NCBI GenBank assembly: GCA_022616075.1
Contig: JAKEFK010000048.1
Location: forward strand, 2,371-66,370
Reading direction: 5' to 3'
Length of the DNA stretch: 64,000 nt
From: a bacterium
Lineage (GTDB): Bacteria; Acidobacteriota; HRBIN11; JAKEFK01
Part shown: positions 45,967-55,173 of the stretch, piece by piece
Layout: every line of letters starts with the position of its first letter
How positions within the stretch are numbered: the stretch's first letter is position 1
The notes under the pieces: model-generated
Database searches by the model: none
Told to the model about the DNA's origin: nothing
Seen by the model: the letters and a program-made list of their open reading frames with translations, nothing else
Made by a program: the position numbers and the translations under genes

Positions 45967-46754
45967 TGATTTCTGCTCAGGACGTCGGTTTCGGTTATGA
46001 CGGCTCGTTTCATCTTCAGAATATTTCATTTGAAATGTCGAAAGGCGCCTTCTGGGGTGTCATTGGTCCGAATGGCTCCGGAAAATCCACGCTGTTAAAA
46101 ATCCTGAGCAAAGTGATCCAAGCGCAGCAAGGTACGATCAAAATTGACGGACAGCCCTTGAAAACATTCGCATTAACGGAACTCGCCAGAAGGATGGCTG
46201 TAGTTGGAAGCGAGGCTCAGTTTTCCTATCCATACCACGTTCAAGATGTTGTCCTTATGGGCCGCATACCTTTTGTGGGTAGACTCGGCATTCATTCCCA
46301 ACGGGATCATCAGATCGTTGATTCTGTGTTGCGCAAAACGGAAACGTGGGCCTACCGCAACCGCTACATTCACGAGCTTTCCAGCGGTGAACGCCAACGC
46401 GTACTACTTGCGCGAGCGCTGGCTCAGGAACCACGCGTGCTTTTGCTGGATGAACCCACCGCGCACCTCGATCTCCATTATGAAATCGAAATCTTCCAGA
46501 TCCTAAAAGCATTGAACGCTGAGGAAAGTCTCACCATCCTGACCGTTTCTCATAACCTGAACTTGATGGCCGAGTTCTGCGAAAAACTGATCCTCATGCA
46601 AGGAGGCCTCTGCCACCAGATCGGCACACCTGCTGAAATCCTGACTGCTTCATTGCTTCGTGATGTTTTTCGAATCGATTGCAAGATCGAAAAAAATCCC
46701 TTCTCTCAGGCACCGGCAATTCTTTTGAACACACGCATTGACAACCGCAACTGA
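45966..46754 (+). CDS. FecE/BtuD-family ABC ATPase
   Basis: GPNGSGKS, LSSGERQRV, LLLDEPT, SH; TAATG coupling. Confidence 0.95.
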   Translation: MISAQDVGFGYDGSFHLQNISFEMSKGAFWGVIGPNGSGKSTLLKILSKVIQAQQGTIKIDGQPLKTFALTELARRMAVVGSEAQFSYPYHVQDVVLMGRIPFVGRLGIHSQRDHQIVDSVLRKTETWAYRNRYIHELSSGERQRVLLARALAQEPRVLLLDEPTAHLDLHYEIEIFQILKALNAEESLTILTVSHNLNLMAEFCEKLILMQGGLCHQIGTPAEILTASLLRDVFRIDCKIEKNPFSQAPAILLNTRIDNRN

Positions 46755-46766
46755 TAGAACGGTGAA

Positions 46767-46804
46767 TGTCCGGAGTTCGCACACCGTTGTGTGAAATTCG
46801 TACA
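46767..46804. promoter_or_regulatory. tandem enhancer boxes, class II (TGTnCG-N5-CGnACA)
   Basis: TGTCCGGAGTTCGCACA (46767) and TGTGTGAAATTCGTACA (46788), 21 bp apart. Confidence 0.65.
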
Positions 46805-46873
46805 AGTCCTTCAAAAACTCTCTCACTGATTTCCTCACCTTAGCTCGTCAGAATCGAGGCCTTTTCAGACTGC

Positions 46874-46889
46874 TGGCGAATATCTTGCG
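46874..46889 (+). promoter_or_regulatory. sigma54 -24/-12 promoter
   Basis: TGGCGAATATCTTGCG: GG-N10-GC, 29 bp before the ATG at 46919. Confidence 0.65.
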
Positions 46890-46918
46890 TTAGATCAGCC
46901 CTTAAGAAGGAGGAACCT

Positions 46919-48214
46919 ATGAATTCAAATTTAACCAAACTGGCTCGCACAAATTGGCAAATCATATGGATGATAACTTTTGCTTTTTTTGTCAGCCTAT
47001 TATCCTCAATTCCGGCTGATGCGGCTTTTCCGGGAGCCAATGGCAAAATCGCGTTTGAGAGCCGCGATCTGGTTGGGGGAGTTTTCCAGGTTTACGTGAT
47101 GGATGCGGACGGCTCGAATGTGACGCGTCTGACTGATGCAGCAAGTAACGAACGGCCAGCCTGGTCTCCGGACGGCGCCAAAATTGCGTTTGTAAGTAGT
47201 CGCGATGCAGGCGGTGAGATCTATATCATGAACGCCGATGGCTCCAATCAAACGCGTCTTACCAATACTCCTGCAAGCAGCGAACTGTTCCCCTCCTGGT
47301 CGGCGGACGGCAGTAAGATCACCTTTGAAAGCGATCGAGATGGAAATTTTGAAATTTACGTAATGAATGCCGATGGAACCAATCAGACCCGCATTACCAA
47401 TGACCCGGCTTTCGATGCCTTTCCCGCGTGGTCGCCCGATGGAACCAAGATTGCCTTTACAAGCGAGCGAGATGGGAACAGAGAAATCTACGTTATGAAT
47501 ACGGATGGCACAAACCAGACGAATCTCACGAACAATCCTGCGAACGAAGAAGATTCCGATTGGTCGCCCGATGGAAGCAAGATCCTTTTTACCAGCGATC
47601 GAACTCTCGTCTTTACCGTATTTGTCATGGATTCTGATGGATCAAACCAGACACCGCTTACGGATTCCGGATTAGCGGATTCATCAGGTGTATTCTCTCC
47701 CGATGGCACGAAGATCGCTTTTCTTAGCGCTCGGACTGGGAACGTTGATATATTCAGCATGGATGCGGACGGAACAAATCCGATCAACTTAACCAACAAT
47801 TCTGATTACGACATAAATCCAGACTGGCAGCCGCTTCCCAATTTCAATTGCCCTCATCCGAAGGGATTTTGGAAAGAAGATCCATCTGCCTGGCCGGTGT
47901 CCTTCCTCACTTTAGGAAGCCAGCTTTACACCAGCGCCGAGCTGCTTTCCATTCTGAATAGTCCGATTCGCGGTGATGCAAGCTTGATCCTGGCGCACCA
48001 GTTGATCTCTGCCAAATTGAATATCGCAAACGGTTCCAACCCGGCTCCTGTAAGCCTAGCAATATCGGATGCGGATAGTCTGCTCTCCTCTTTCTTCGGC
48101 AAGTTGCCCTACGATGTCAGGCCGTCAACAGCAACCGGAAGGGCTTTGAAAGATGCAGCGGATACGCTTTCGAACTATAACCAGGGCGAGTTAACGCCAG
48201 GGTGCGAACCATAA
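46919..48214 (+). CDS. secreted TolB-like PD40 beta-propeller protein with a helical C-terminal domain
   Basis: Signal peptide (ADA-AFPGANGKIAF), repeated PAWSPDG.KIAF.S.RDG..EIYVMNADG; RBS AGGAGG. Confidence 0.92.
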   Translation: MNSNLTKLARTNWQIIWMITFAFFVSLLSSIPADAAFPGANGKIAFESRDLVGGVFQVYVMDADGSNVTRLTDAASNERPAWSPDGAKIAFVSSRDAGGEIYIMNADGSNQTRLTNTPASSELFPSWSADGSKITFESDRDGNFEIYVMNADGTNQTRITNDPAFDAFPAWSPDGTKIAFTSERDGNREIYVMNTDGTNQTNLTNNPANEEDSDWSPDGSKILFTSDRTLVFTVFVMDSDGSNQTPLTDSGLADSSGVFSPDGTKIAFLSARTGNVDIFSMDADGTNPINLTNNSDYDINPDWQPLPNFNCPHPKGFWKEDPSAWPVSFLTLGSQLYTSAELLSILNSPIRGDASLILAHQLISAKLNIANGSNPAPVSLAISDADSLLSSFFGKLPYDVRPSTATGRALKDAADTLSNYNQGELTPGCEP

Positions 48215-48427
48215 CACATTGACAAGCGGTACTAACTCGATAGGTTATTCCGGGGGCGATTCAGGAACTCATTGACGCGTTAAAAACCTTGTAGTGGCAG
48301 AGCATTTACTCGCCCTTAGTTTGATCGTGCTACTTTAGGATTGATTAAATTCTTTTGAATATGCGCATGCGATGGTAACGAGTACTCGACACAAGACCAT
48401 TTACATAAAGAGGAGAACAGCGGGCGC

Positions 48428-49420
48428 TTAATTGTCGTGCGCTAAAACAACCGGTAGTAGCTTCTTGGCGACATAATCATGTCCTGTAGCGTTCAGGTGC
48501 CACACATCATAGGCAAAAAACCTCGGTTGCCGCTTCTCATCCTTGAAACTTTGGAGTAGATCAATGCCTTTAATATGCTCTTTTGACAGAAATTTGCCAA
48601 CCGCCTGGTGAAGTTTCCAGTGTGGGTAATTGTTAAAATCCTTTTCTGTCATCTTGAATACGGGAAGTAAGACAATCATAAAGTCGATATTTTTTTTCTG
48701 TAACAAAGTTGACATTTCCTTGATTGCCCGGAAGACGGCATCCTTGTTTCTGCCATACGAGTACTCGTAGTATTCAAAAATGATCGGCCAGATCGCATTT
48801 CGAATATCAGTCCATAAGAAACTATTTGGTCTTTTGAAATACAAAACCTTTTTCGCTGACGCGAACTCGAAGTCGAAGTCATTTAAATGCATGACATAAA
48901 CGACCGAATCAGGTTGCAAACTTAGAACTTTTGTCTTTAACAGTTCGAGAAGCTGGACCGCATGATATCCATCTATAGCGCAATTCAGTGATTCCACTGA
49001 TCCGTTTCGGTATTGATTGTTTGCATAATATTCGAACTTGCTAACAAAAGTTTCATCATTTTGAACGAATAAGCCCACTGTGGCTGAGTCGCCAAGAAAC
49101 GCCACTCGCTTCGTGTTTTGTTTCTTGACAGACAGATCTCTGTCCACACCTCGAAAACCATAGCGATTTGTGGTCATCGTATAACCAAACGTTAAAGCCG
49201 TGTATTGGCTGTTTGGACGGTATTCCCACATCAATATTTCATTATTCGACGGGACGGTTAACGTTCCCTTCCAGTCACCTTGAAGCTGATAGTATGCTCT
49301 CCAGCGATCGTATTGCCTACCCCTCCATACCTCGTAAATAGTGATTACCATAATGAACGTAAACAGCGTGCCGAAAATCGCGAGACTACCTTTGGCCCGC
49401 CAGGTATCTTTAAGTGGCAT
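48428..49420 (-). CDS. membrane-anchored SGNH/GDSL hydrolase
   Basis: FLGDSAT, HLND, DVWHLNATGH; visibly AT-richer than its neighbours. Confidence 0.85.
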   Translation of the reverse strand: MPLKDTWRAKGSLAIFGTLFTFIMVITIYEVWRGRQYDRWRAYYQLQGDWKGTLTVPSNNEILMWEYRPNSQYTALTFGYTMTTNRYGFRGVDRDLSVKKQNTKRVAFLGDSATVGLFVQNDETFVSKFEYYANNQYRNGSVESLNCAIDGYHAVQLLELLKTKVLSLQPDSVVYVMHLNDFDFEFASAKKVLYFKRPNSFLWTDIRNAIWPIIFEYYEYSYGRNKDAVFRAIKEMSTLLQKKNIDFMIVLLPVFKMTEKDFNNYPHWKLHQAVGKFLSKEHIKGIDLLQSFKDEKRQPRFFAYDVWHLNATGHDYVAKKLLPVVLAHDN

Positions 49421-49444
49421 ATTAACCGGAACAAAGTTTACGCA

Positions 49445-49473
49445 TTGACAACCGTAATCAAGTCGATTAGCTT
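49445..49473 (+). promoter_or_regulatory. sigma70-type promoter for the peroxiredoxin gene
   Basis: TTGACA-17 bp-TAGCTT, followed by RBS GGAGG. Confidence 0.6.
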
Positions 49474-49496
49474 ATCCATCTTTATTGGAGGAAATA

Positions 49497-49952
49497 ATGC
49501 CTATCGAAGTTGGACAACCTGCACCGGATTTTACTTTAAAAGATCAAAATCAAAAAGAAGTATCATTAAAAGATTTGCGCGGAAAGAACGTGGTTTTAGC
49601 GTTCTATCCCTTAGACTTCAGCCCCGTATGCAGCAAAGAACACGCATGCTTTCACGATGACTTCAGCCAATTCAAAGGACTCAACGCGGAAATTCTTGGA
49701 ATCAGCGTGGATAGCGCCTGGACTCACAAAGCTTTTGCCGAAAAACTAGGAATCGAATATCCATTGCTTGCCGATTTCCATCCAAAAGGAGCAGTAGCCC
49801 AGAAATTCGGCCTCTATCTTGGAGAAAAAGGCATCACAAATCGCGCAACCGTAATCGTGGATAAAGAAGGAATCGTTCGTTACGTCAATGTTTATGACAT
49901 TCCGCAACAGCGAGCGAATCAGGAGCTCATCGACGCATTAAAAGGTTTGTGA
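49497..49952 (+). CDS. peroxiredoxin (AhpE/BCP-like)
   Basis: APDFTL, FYPLDFSPVC, GISVDS, LLADF, RAT. Confidence 0.93.
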   Translation: MPIEVGQPAPDFTLKDQNQKEVSLKDLRGKNVVLAFYPLDFSPVCSKEHACFHDDFSQFKGLNAEILGISVDSAWTHKAFAEKLGIEYPLLADFHPKGAVAQKFGLYLGEKGITNRATVIVDKEGIVRYVNVYDIPQQRANQELIDALKGL

Positions 49953-49992
49953 TTTTTTCCAGCCAGAGGCGCAAACCGTCCTAAAGTTCAGA

Positions 49993-50067
49993 TGGGGCGC
50001 GGACTTCAGTCCGCAAAAACTTGTGAGCGCAAAAACCACTTTGCGGGCAAGGATGCCCGCGCTCCCA
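49993..50067. repeat. palindromic repeat, family C
   Basis: GGGGCGCGGACTTCAGTCCGCAAAAAC...TTTGCGGGCAAGGATGCCCGCGCTCCCA; near-copy at 63793-63867. Confidence 0.85.
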
Positions 50068-50101
50068 CACGAACCGCAGCATTAGTATTCCTGCACGGTC
50101 G

Positions 50102-50139
50102 TGTAAGCAATCCGGTCATCGCTGTACGGATTCCTTACA
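50102..50139. promoter_or_regulatory. tandem enhancer boxes, class II
   Basis: TGTAAGCAATCCGGTCA (50102) and TGTACGGATTCCTTACA (50123), 21 bp apart. Confidence 0.7.
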
Positions 50140-50170
50140 AAAACAACTCGCCTCCTCGTCGATTCAAAAA

Positions 50171-50186
50171 TGGTACAGCTTTTGCT
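50171..50186 (+). promoter_or_regulatory. sigma54 -24/-12 promoter
   Basis: TGGTACAGCTTTTGCT, 25 bp before the ATG at 50212. Confidence 0.85.
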
Positions 50187-50211
50187 CTGACGGTTTGCAA
50201 GGAGTCAGAAC

Positions 50212-50970
50212 ATGAAAAAACAATCCGTAATGTTTGCGTTTTTGATGTTAGCCGTTTCTCTTCCTTATCTTGCTTTTTCAGAAACGGTCAACTGCACAGC
50301 AATTACATCAGTGCCCTATACCATTAATACTCCAGGCGTTTACTGCTTTCGAAGCAACTGGAACTTTCCTACGGCCTTCGGCAACATGGTCACGATCAAC
50401 GCATCAGGTGTAGTCATTGACCTGAACGGGTACACTCTAAGCAACCAGCTCGCCGGTCCGGCAACCTCAACGAAAGCATTCTATGCAAATGAAAAAAGCA
50501 ACATCGTAATCAAAAACGGCGAGATCAGATACTTCTACACGGCCATCGATCTTTCTGACAGTCGCGCCCTCAACGTTGCTCAAACGAATACCGTAGAAGG
50601 AATTCGCGCAATCTACAACACACACGCCGGGATCTGGGTTGCAGGAATGGGACACATCCTGCGGAAGAATGAAGTTTCGAATACCGGAGTTGGAAGCTCC
50701 GCTCCGGATAGCAGTCATTTCGCCATTCGCGTAGGGCAAGGTTTTGGCGCGCGCGTGCTAAATAACGAAATCAATCTCGTAGCCGCCCCCTCCGGCGCTT
50801 ACGGAATCTATTTTGCAAACCATTCGCATGGTCTGGCCGTTGGAAACCGGATCACCAGCACCGGTTCCGGGATCACCTATTTTTCCAGTACAGGAAAATA
50901 TCGAGATACTCTTACGAGCGGAGTTACTACACCTTACTCGGGCGGCACGAATGCGGGGAATAACCAATGA
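50212..50970 (+). CDS. secreted right-handed beta-helix protein
   Basis: Signal peptide, PYTINTPGVYC, ITINASGVVIDLNGY-like motif, Asn-ladder repeats; RBS AAGGAG. Confidence 0.85.
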   Translation: MKKQSVMFAFLMLAVSLPYLAFSETVNCTAITSVPYTINTPGVYCFRSNWNFPTAFGNMVTINASGVVIDLNGYTLSNQLAGPATSTKAFYANEKSNIVIKNGEIRYFYTAIDLSDSRALNVAQTNTVEGIRAIYNTHAGIWVAGMGHILRKNEVSNTGVGSSAPDSSHFAIRVGQGFGARVLNNEINLVAAPSGAYGIYFANHSHGLAVGNRITSTGSGITYFSSTGKYRDTLTSGVTTPYSGGTNAGNNQ

Positions 50971-51905
50971 AGGCTGCATCGGTTCTGTTGGCCTTCCTAT
51001 TAATGACTAACCTTGCTCAAGCCCAGGAATTCTGGTTAAACCTTCGTACAGGAAAAATGTACCCGATCGATACGAAAGTCGAAAATCATGACCCACGAAT
51101 CAGTGGTCTTCTGGTGAAAGGTTTGTTCAAACCCACAGGGATGATTGAGAATCGTGGGAAGCTGCCTGAACCTCCTTCCAATGCGCCGGAAGGCTGGATC
51201 GATTTGGCGACAGGGCAAATTCATTTTGATAAGGAAGGGCTCATGGTTCGCTCACCATACTTGAGAGGATGGTTCAATGGATTCGGCGGCTTCTTCGTTT
51301 ACCAGAAGGAGATCGATCAGTGGAACGCGAAATTCAAGGAGAAAAGCAAACCGGTTGAATCAATCACGGTGCCTCTAGGATTGGAGCCTGGCAGAATGAT
51401 CCATCCCGCTCCACCGGTTCCAAGATTCACACGAGACCTCGAAATCCCGCATGTGCATGTCGACTACGCTGAAGTAGACAATCGCGGTCTGCTGTCCATC
51501 CGACTTTCTGTGGATGTGGAAAATGCGGGTCTGGAAACGTGGGGTTATGAGACGCGCGTGGAAGTCGCCTGCCAGGAGGCGGGCAGAATCCATAGCGCCG
51601 AAGCAACGCAGCCACTGTTGAATAGCTTATCGGCCGGAACGACGCAATCCATACGCTTTCAGGCAAGACCAAGAATGATACAGGAAAGCAATCTGCCTTA
51701 TCCATTTTCTTCGGCAGATATTTATCAGCACTTCGGATCTGTTCGGCGTTGGATCAATGTTTCTGCGCGTGTAGTAAGTCGATTCGACGAAAATGATGCG
51801 AACAATTTATATCGCTTAAAGGTGATGTTCAACGAGACCGGAGAAGTGATCGAATCGCAGTTCCTCCAATCTCCAGGCACTGTGGCGGTAGAAGTCCCCC
51901 GATAA
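50967..51905 (+). CDS. secreted hypothetical protein (duplicated N-terminal motif, CARDB-like C-terminus)
   Basis: Signal peptide ending AQA; V.VENAG...LSAG....I.F...DENDANN Ig-like pattern; ATGA overlap. Confidence 0.7.
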   Translation: MKAASVLLAFLLMTNLAQAQEFWLNLRTGKMYPIDTKVENHDPRISGLLVKGLFKPTGMIENRGKLPEPPSNAPEGWIDLATGQIHFDKEGLMVRSPYLRGWFNGFGGFFVYQKEIDQWNAKFKEKSKPVESITVPLGLEPGRMIHPAPPVPRFTRDLEIPHVHVDYAEVDNRGLLSIRLSVDVENAGLETWGYETRVEVACQEAGRIHSAEATQPLLNSLSAGTTQSIRFQARPRMIQESNLPYPFSSADIYQHFGSVRRWINVSARVVSRFDENDANNLYRLKVMFNETGEVIESQFLQSPGTVAVEVPR

Positions 51906-51929
51906 CGTGAGATAATTTTTTTAGATGCC

Positions 51930-54900
51930 ATGACCTTTTCCGAACGCGATCCGGCGCCCGCTTCGAGATTTCCTGTGCAGAACTGGGAACGCTACGAATT
52001 TATTGAGCTGATCGGCGAAGGAAGCATGGGGCGCGTTTACAAAGCTTATGATCCGCGCTTAAAAAGATTCGTGGCATTGAAATTCATCCGCGGTGACGAT
52101 CCGGAGCTCACAAAACGTTTCCAGCAAGAAGCGGAAGCCCAGGCAAGGATCGAACAGGATCACGTTTGCAAGATCTATGAAGTCGGGGAAGTGCAATCCA
52201 AACCTTATATCTGCATGCAGTTCATAGACGGCTGTTCCTTGAAAGATGCAGGATCGCAAATGAATCTTCAACAGAAGATTCGCGTAATCCAGCAGGCGCT
52301 TCGGGCGTTGGAGGAGGCGCACCGGCTTGGCCTGATTCACCGCGACATGAAGCCATCCAACATCATGGTGGAAAAGCGGCAGGAGGAGTGGCGCGCCAGC
52401 GTCGTTGATTTCGGGCTGGTCCGACAGATGGAAGGTCCCGCCTACACCATGACCGGTGAAGTTCTCGGCACTCCTGCTTACATGTCTCCGGAGCAGGCGG
52501 CGGGAGGGAGCCGTAAAGCAGACGCCCGAACCGACATCTACGGTATTGGTGCTACTTTATACGAATCAATTAGCGGTCACAGGCCTTTTGAAGGCGCCAC
52601 AGGAATCGAAACTCTTATGAAGGTTCTCCAAGAAGAACCTGTCCCTTTGCGCAGAAGGGATCCGGCAATTCCCAGGGATCTCGAATCGATCGTAATGAAG
52701 TGTCTGGAAAAAGCTCCTTACAGGCGTTACGAGTCAGCCGGGAAGTTGTCCGAAGATTTGGACCGATATCTCGAAGGGCAACCGGTCCTGGCCCGGCCGG
52801 CAGGGATCAGCTATCGAATTCAGAAGAAGATCAGCAAAAATCCGGTCCTTGCAGCCACTCTGGTAATCTCCGTGATCATTATTCTTTTGCTTGCCGGCGT
52901 GGCTCTCTATTCATTCTGGCGTTCTGCGGAAAAAGCCCGGCTCGCGCAAGAGTTCGGACAACAAGTGGAAAAGATGGAAAGCATCATGAGGATCGCATAC
53001 ATGCTCCCGTTACATGATGTGCGAAAGGAAATGCAAACGGTTCGAAACAGAATGCAAGAGGTCCGCTCTCAGATGAAACAGGTTGGAAAGCATGCTGAAG
53101 GACCGGGCGACTACGCATTGGCACGCGGTTATCTGGCGTTGAAGGAATTTCAAAAAGCGAAACTACACCTCGATAGAGCATGGAACAACGAATACCGGCC
53201 TGCGGAGGTGGCTCTCGCTCTTGGATGGGTGCACGGAGAGTTATTTCAACAGGAAAACCTGGAAGCCGAACAAATTTCCAATCGTGAAATTAGGATTCTT
53301 AAAAAGCAGCAAATCGAAAAGGAATACCGGGATCCGGCTCTCAAGTATCTGCGGCTTGGGAGAACAAGCACAACGGAGAATGCGGCGTTTATAAGGGCGC
53401 TCGTCCAATATTATGAAAAGCAATGGGAAAAGGCTTCGCAATCGGCATCCTCTGCTTACGCGAACGCAGCCTGGTTGTATGAAGCAATCGTTCTGGAAGG
53501 GAATGTTCATCTTGCGGTTGCAGCAGAAAAGAGAATGTCGGGGGATCAAACCGCAGCGAAAGAACAACTGGATCAGGCGCGCAAGAAGTTTCAAGCGGCC
53601 TCCCGCATAGCTCCCAGTGATCCGCGCATCCATGAAAGTCTTTGCGCCTGGGGCGGCCACGTGATTGCAATTGAAAATGAAGTAGGTGGAAGAGCGGAAG
53701 ATATTTACAATGCGTCGAAAAAAGACTGCGATAACGCACAACTCGCCAATCCAGACAGCGCGGAAGCATATGCAAACCTTTCGTTCCTGTACAGCAATCA
53801 GGCTGAATCGCTCGCATTAGCTGGGCAGGATTCGACCGCGCTGTATCAGCAAGCCTTGTCATCCGGTCAGCGCGCGCTGCAACTGAGACCGGATTGGATC
53901 CTGCCCCACTTACATCTCGGATATGCATGGATGGGATTCGCGGAAGCCAGGATCAGCACAGGTTCTGATCCAACCACCGATTTTCAAACCGCGATTCGAC
54001 ACTACCGCTCTGCACTGCAACAAAATCCCAACGAAGCAGTAGCTCACAACAGCATCGGCTATGCGAATAGCCGGCTTGGCTTGTATGCATTAAACAGTGG
54101 CGCTGATCCACAACCTTTCCTGCGAGATTCAATCAAGAGTTTTGAAAATGCGGCTTCGCTTGTTCCCAAAGAGGCAAGATTTCCATCCAATATCGGAGCC
54201 GCCTATGCAATGCTGGGATCCTACAAAATGGATCATGGCCATGAGCCGGTCCAAGATTTGCAGAATGCGCTCAAGTTCTTTGATCGCGCCCTTACCATGA
54301 ATTCGAATCTAGCATCCATTCGATTGAATAAAGGTTTCATACATATGGATCTGGGGAAATATGAATCGAGACATGGCCGGACTCCACTTCCGGAAATGGA
54401 AAAGGCGCTGGAAAATTTTGATATTGCAGCAAAGGCAACTCCAAACTTCTTTTACATCCCACATGCGCGATCGATTGTGTACTTACAACTGGCCGAGTTT
54501 GCTGCGCTGACCGGTGAAGACCCGACACCGCATGCTTCTCGTGTCATCGGAAATGTCGAAGCGGGACTTAAGTTAAATCCAGCCTTCGCTGAATTTCATG
54601 AAAGCGCCGGATACGCGCTTATCCTCGAAGCTCAACATGCCAAACAGCCCGGTCCGTTATTCGACAAAGCCCGGGCACGGCTGATGCGTTCGCTCGAAAT
54701 CGATCCAAGCGCCTACACAAGCTATCTGAGACTTGGCGAACTGGAGATCGCTAATGAGGCATGGGCAAACGCCGAAGCGAATCTCAAGAAGTCGTTGGAG
54801 ATGAATTCCAATAACTTGCGAACCTACATTGCGCTTGCTCGCTGCTACGTGAATCGCTTTTGGCCCGGCGACTTCGAACAAGGAATCGCGATTTTGGAGA

Positions 54901-55091
54901 AGGCCGCCAAACTAAATCCAGTTCACGCGGAAACGGTCGCGCTCCGCGGAGCATTGCTCATGCAGCAAGCAAAGATCGAAATGGATCCGCGAAAGAAGGC
55001 GTCGCTTATGACAGAAGCATTAGCTCTAACCGAAAAAGCGATTCAAGCCAATCAAAACCTGCGATTTCGCTATCAAACAAGTAGCGACTGA
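51930..55091 (+). CDS. membrane Ser/Thr protein kinase with a large C-terminal TPR region
   Basis: IGEGSMGRVY, VALK, HRDMKPSN, DFG, GTPAYMSPEQ; TM VLAATLVISVIIILLLAGVALY; about 700 aa of TPR. Confidence 0.95.
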   Translation: MTFSERDPAPASRFPVQNWERYEFIELIGEGSMGRVYKAYDPRLKRFVALKFIRGDDPELTKRFQQEAEAQARIEQDHVCKIYEVGEVQSKPYICMQFIDGCSLKDAGSQMNLQQKIRVIQQALRALEEAHRLGLIHRDMKPSNIMVEKRQEEWRASVVDFGLVRQMEGPAYTMTGEVLGTPAYMSPEQAAGGSRKADARTDIYGIGATLYESISGHRPFEGATGIETLMKVLQEEPVPLRRRDPAIPRDLESIVMKCLEKAPYRRYESAGKLSEDLDRYLEGQPVLARPAGISYRIQKKISKNPVLAATLVISVIIILLLAGVALYSFWRSAEKARLAQEFGQQVEKMESIMRIAYMLPLHDVRKEMQTVRNRMQEVRSQMKQVGKHAEGPGDYALARGYLALKEFQKAKLHLDRAWNNEYRPAEVALALGWVHGELFQQENLEAEQISNREIRILKKQQIEKEYRDPALKYLRLGRTSTTENAAFIRALVQYYEKQWEKASQSASSAYANAAWLYEAIVLEGNVHLAVAAEKRMSGDQTAAKEQLDQARKKFQAASRIAPSDPRIHESLCAWGGHVIAIENEVGGRAEDIYNASKKDCDNAQLANPDSAEAYANLSFLYSNQAESLALAGQDSTALYQQALSSGQRALQLRPDWILPHLHLGYAWMGFAEARISTGSDPTTDFQTAIRHYRSALQQNPNEAVAHNSIGYANSRLGLYALNSGADPQPFLRDSIKSFENAASLVPKEARFPSNIGAAYAMLGSYKMDHGHEPVQDLQNALKFFDRALTMNSNLASIRLNKGFIHMDLGKYESRHGRTPLPEMEKALENFDIAAKATPNFFYIPHARSIVYLQLAEFAALTGEDPTPHASRVIGNVEAGLKLNPAFAEFHESAGYALILEAQHAKQPGPLFDKARARLMRSLEIDPSAYTSYLRLGELEIANEAWANAEANLKKSLEMNSNNLRTYIALARCYVNRFWPGDFEQGIAILEKAAKLNPVHAETVALRGALLMQQAKIEMDPRKKASLMTEALALTEKAIQANQNLRFRYQTSSD

Positions 55092-55163
55092 AGTCGCTAC
55101 TACCAGCCCGATCATGACGACATTTTTTTTCTGGCGGGCTCGTAGTAGCGACTTTAGTCGCTA
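55081..55163. repeat. GTAG-type REP doublet, family D; supplies the kinase stop codon
   Basis: GTAGCGACTGAAGTCGCTAC and GTAGCGACTTTAGTCGCTA in an inverted arrangement between convergent genes. Confidence 0.8.
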
Positions 55164-55173
55164 TTTCAACCTG

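Noticed and set aside
47080..47830. CRISPR-like or tandem DNA repeats
   Set aside because: The periodicity comes from PD40 protein repeats, as it does from propeller repeats at 20.5-22.3 kb; there are no identical repeats with unique spacers
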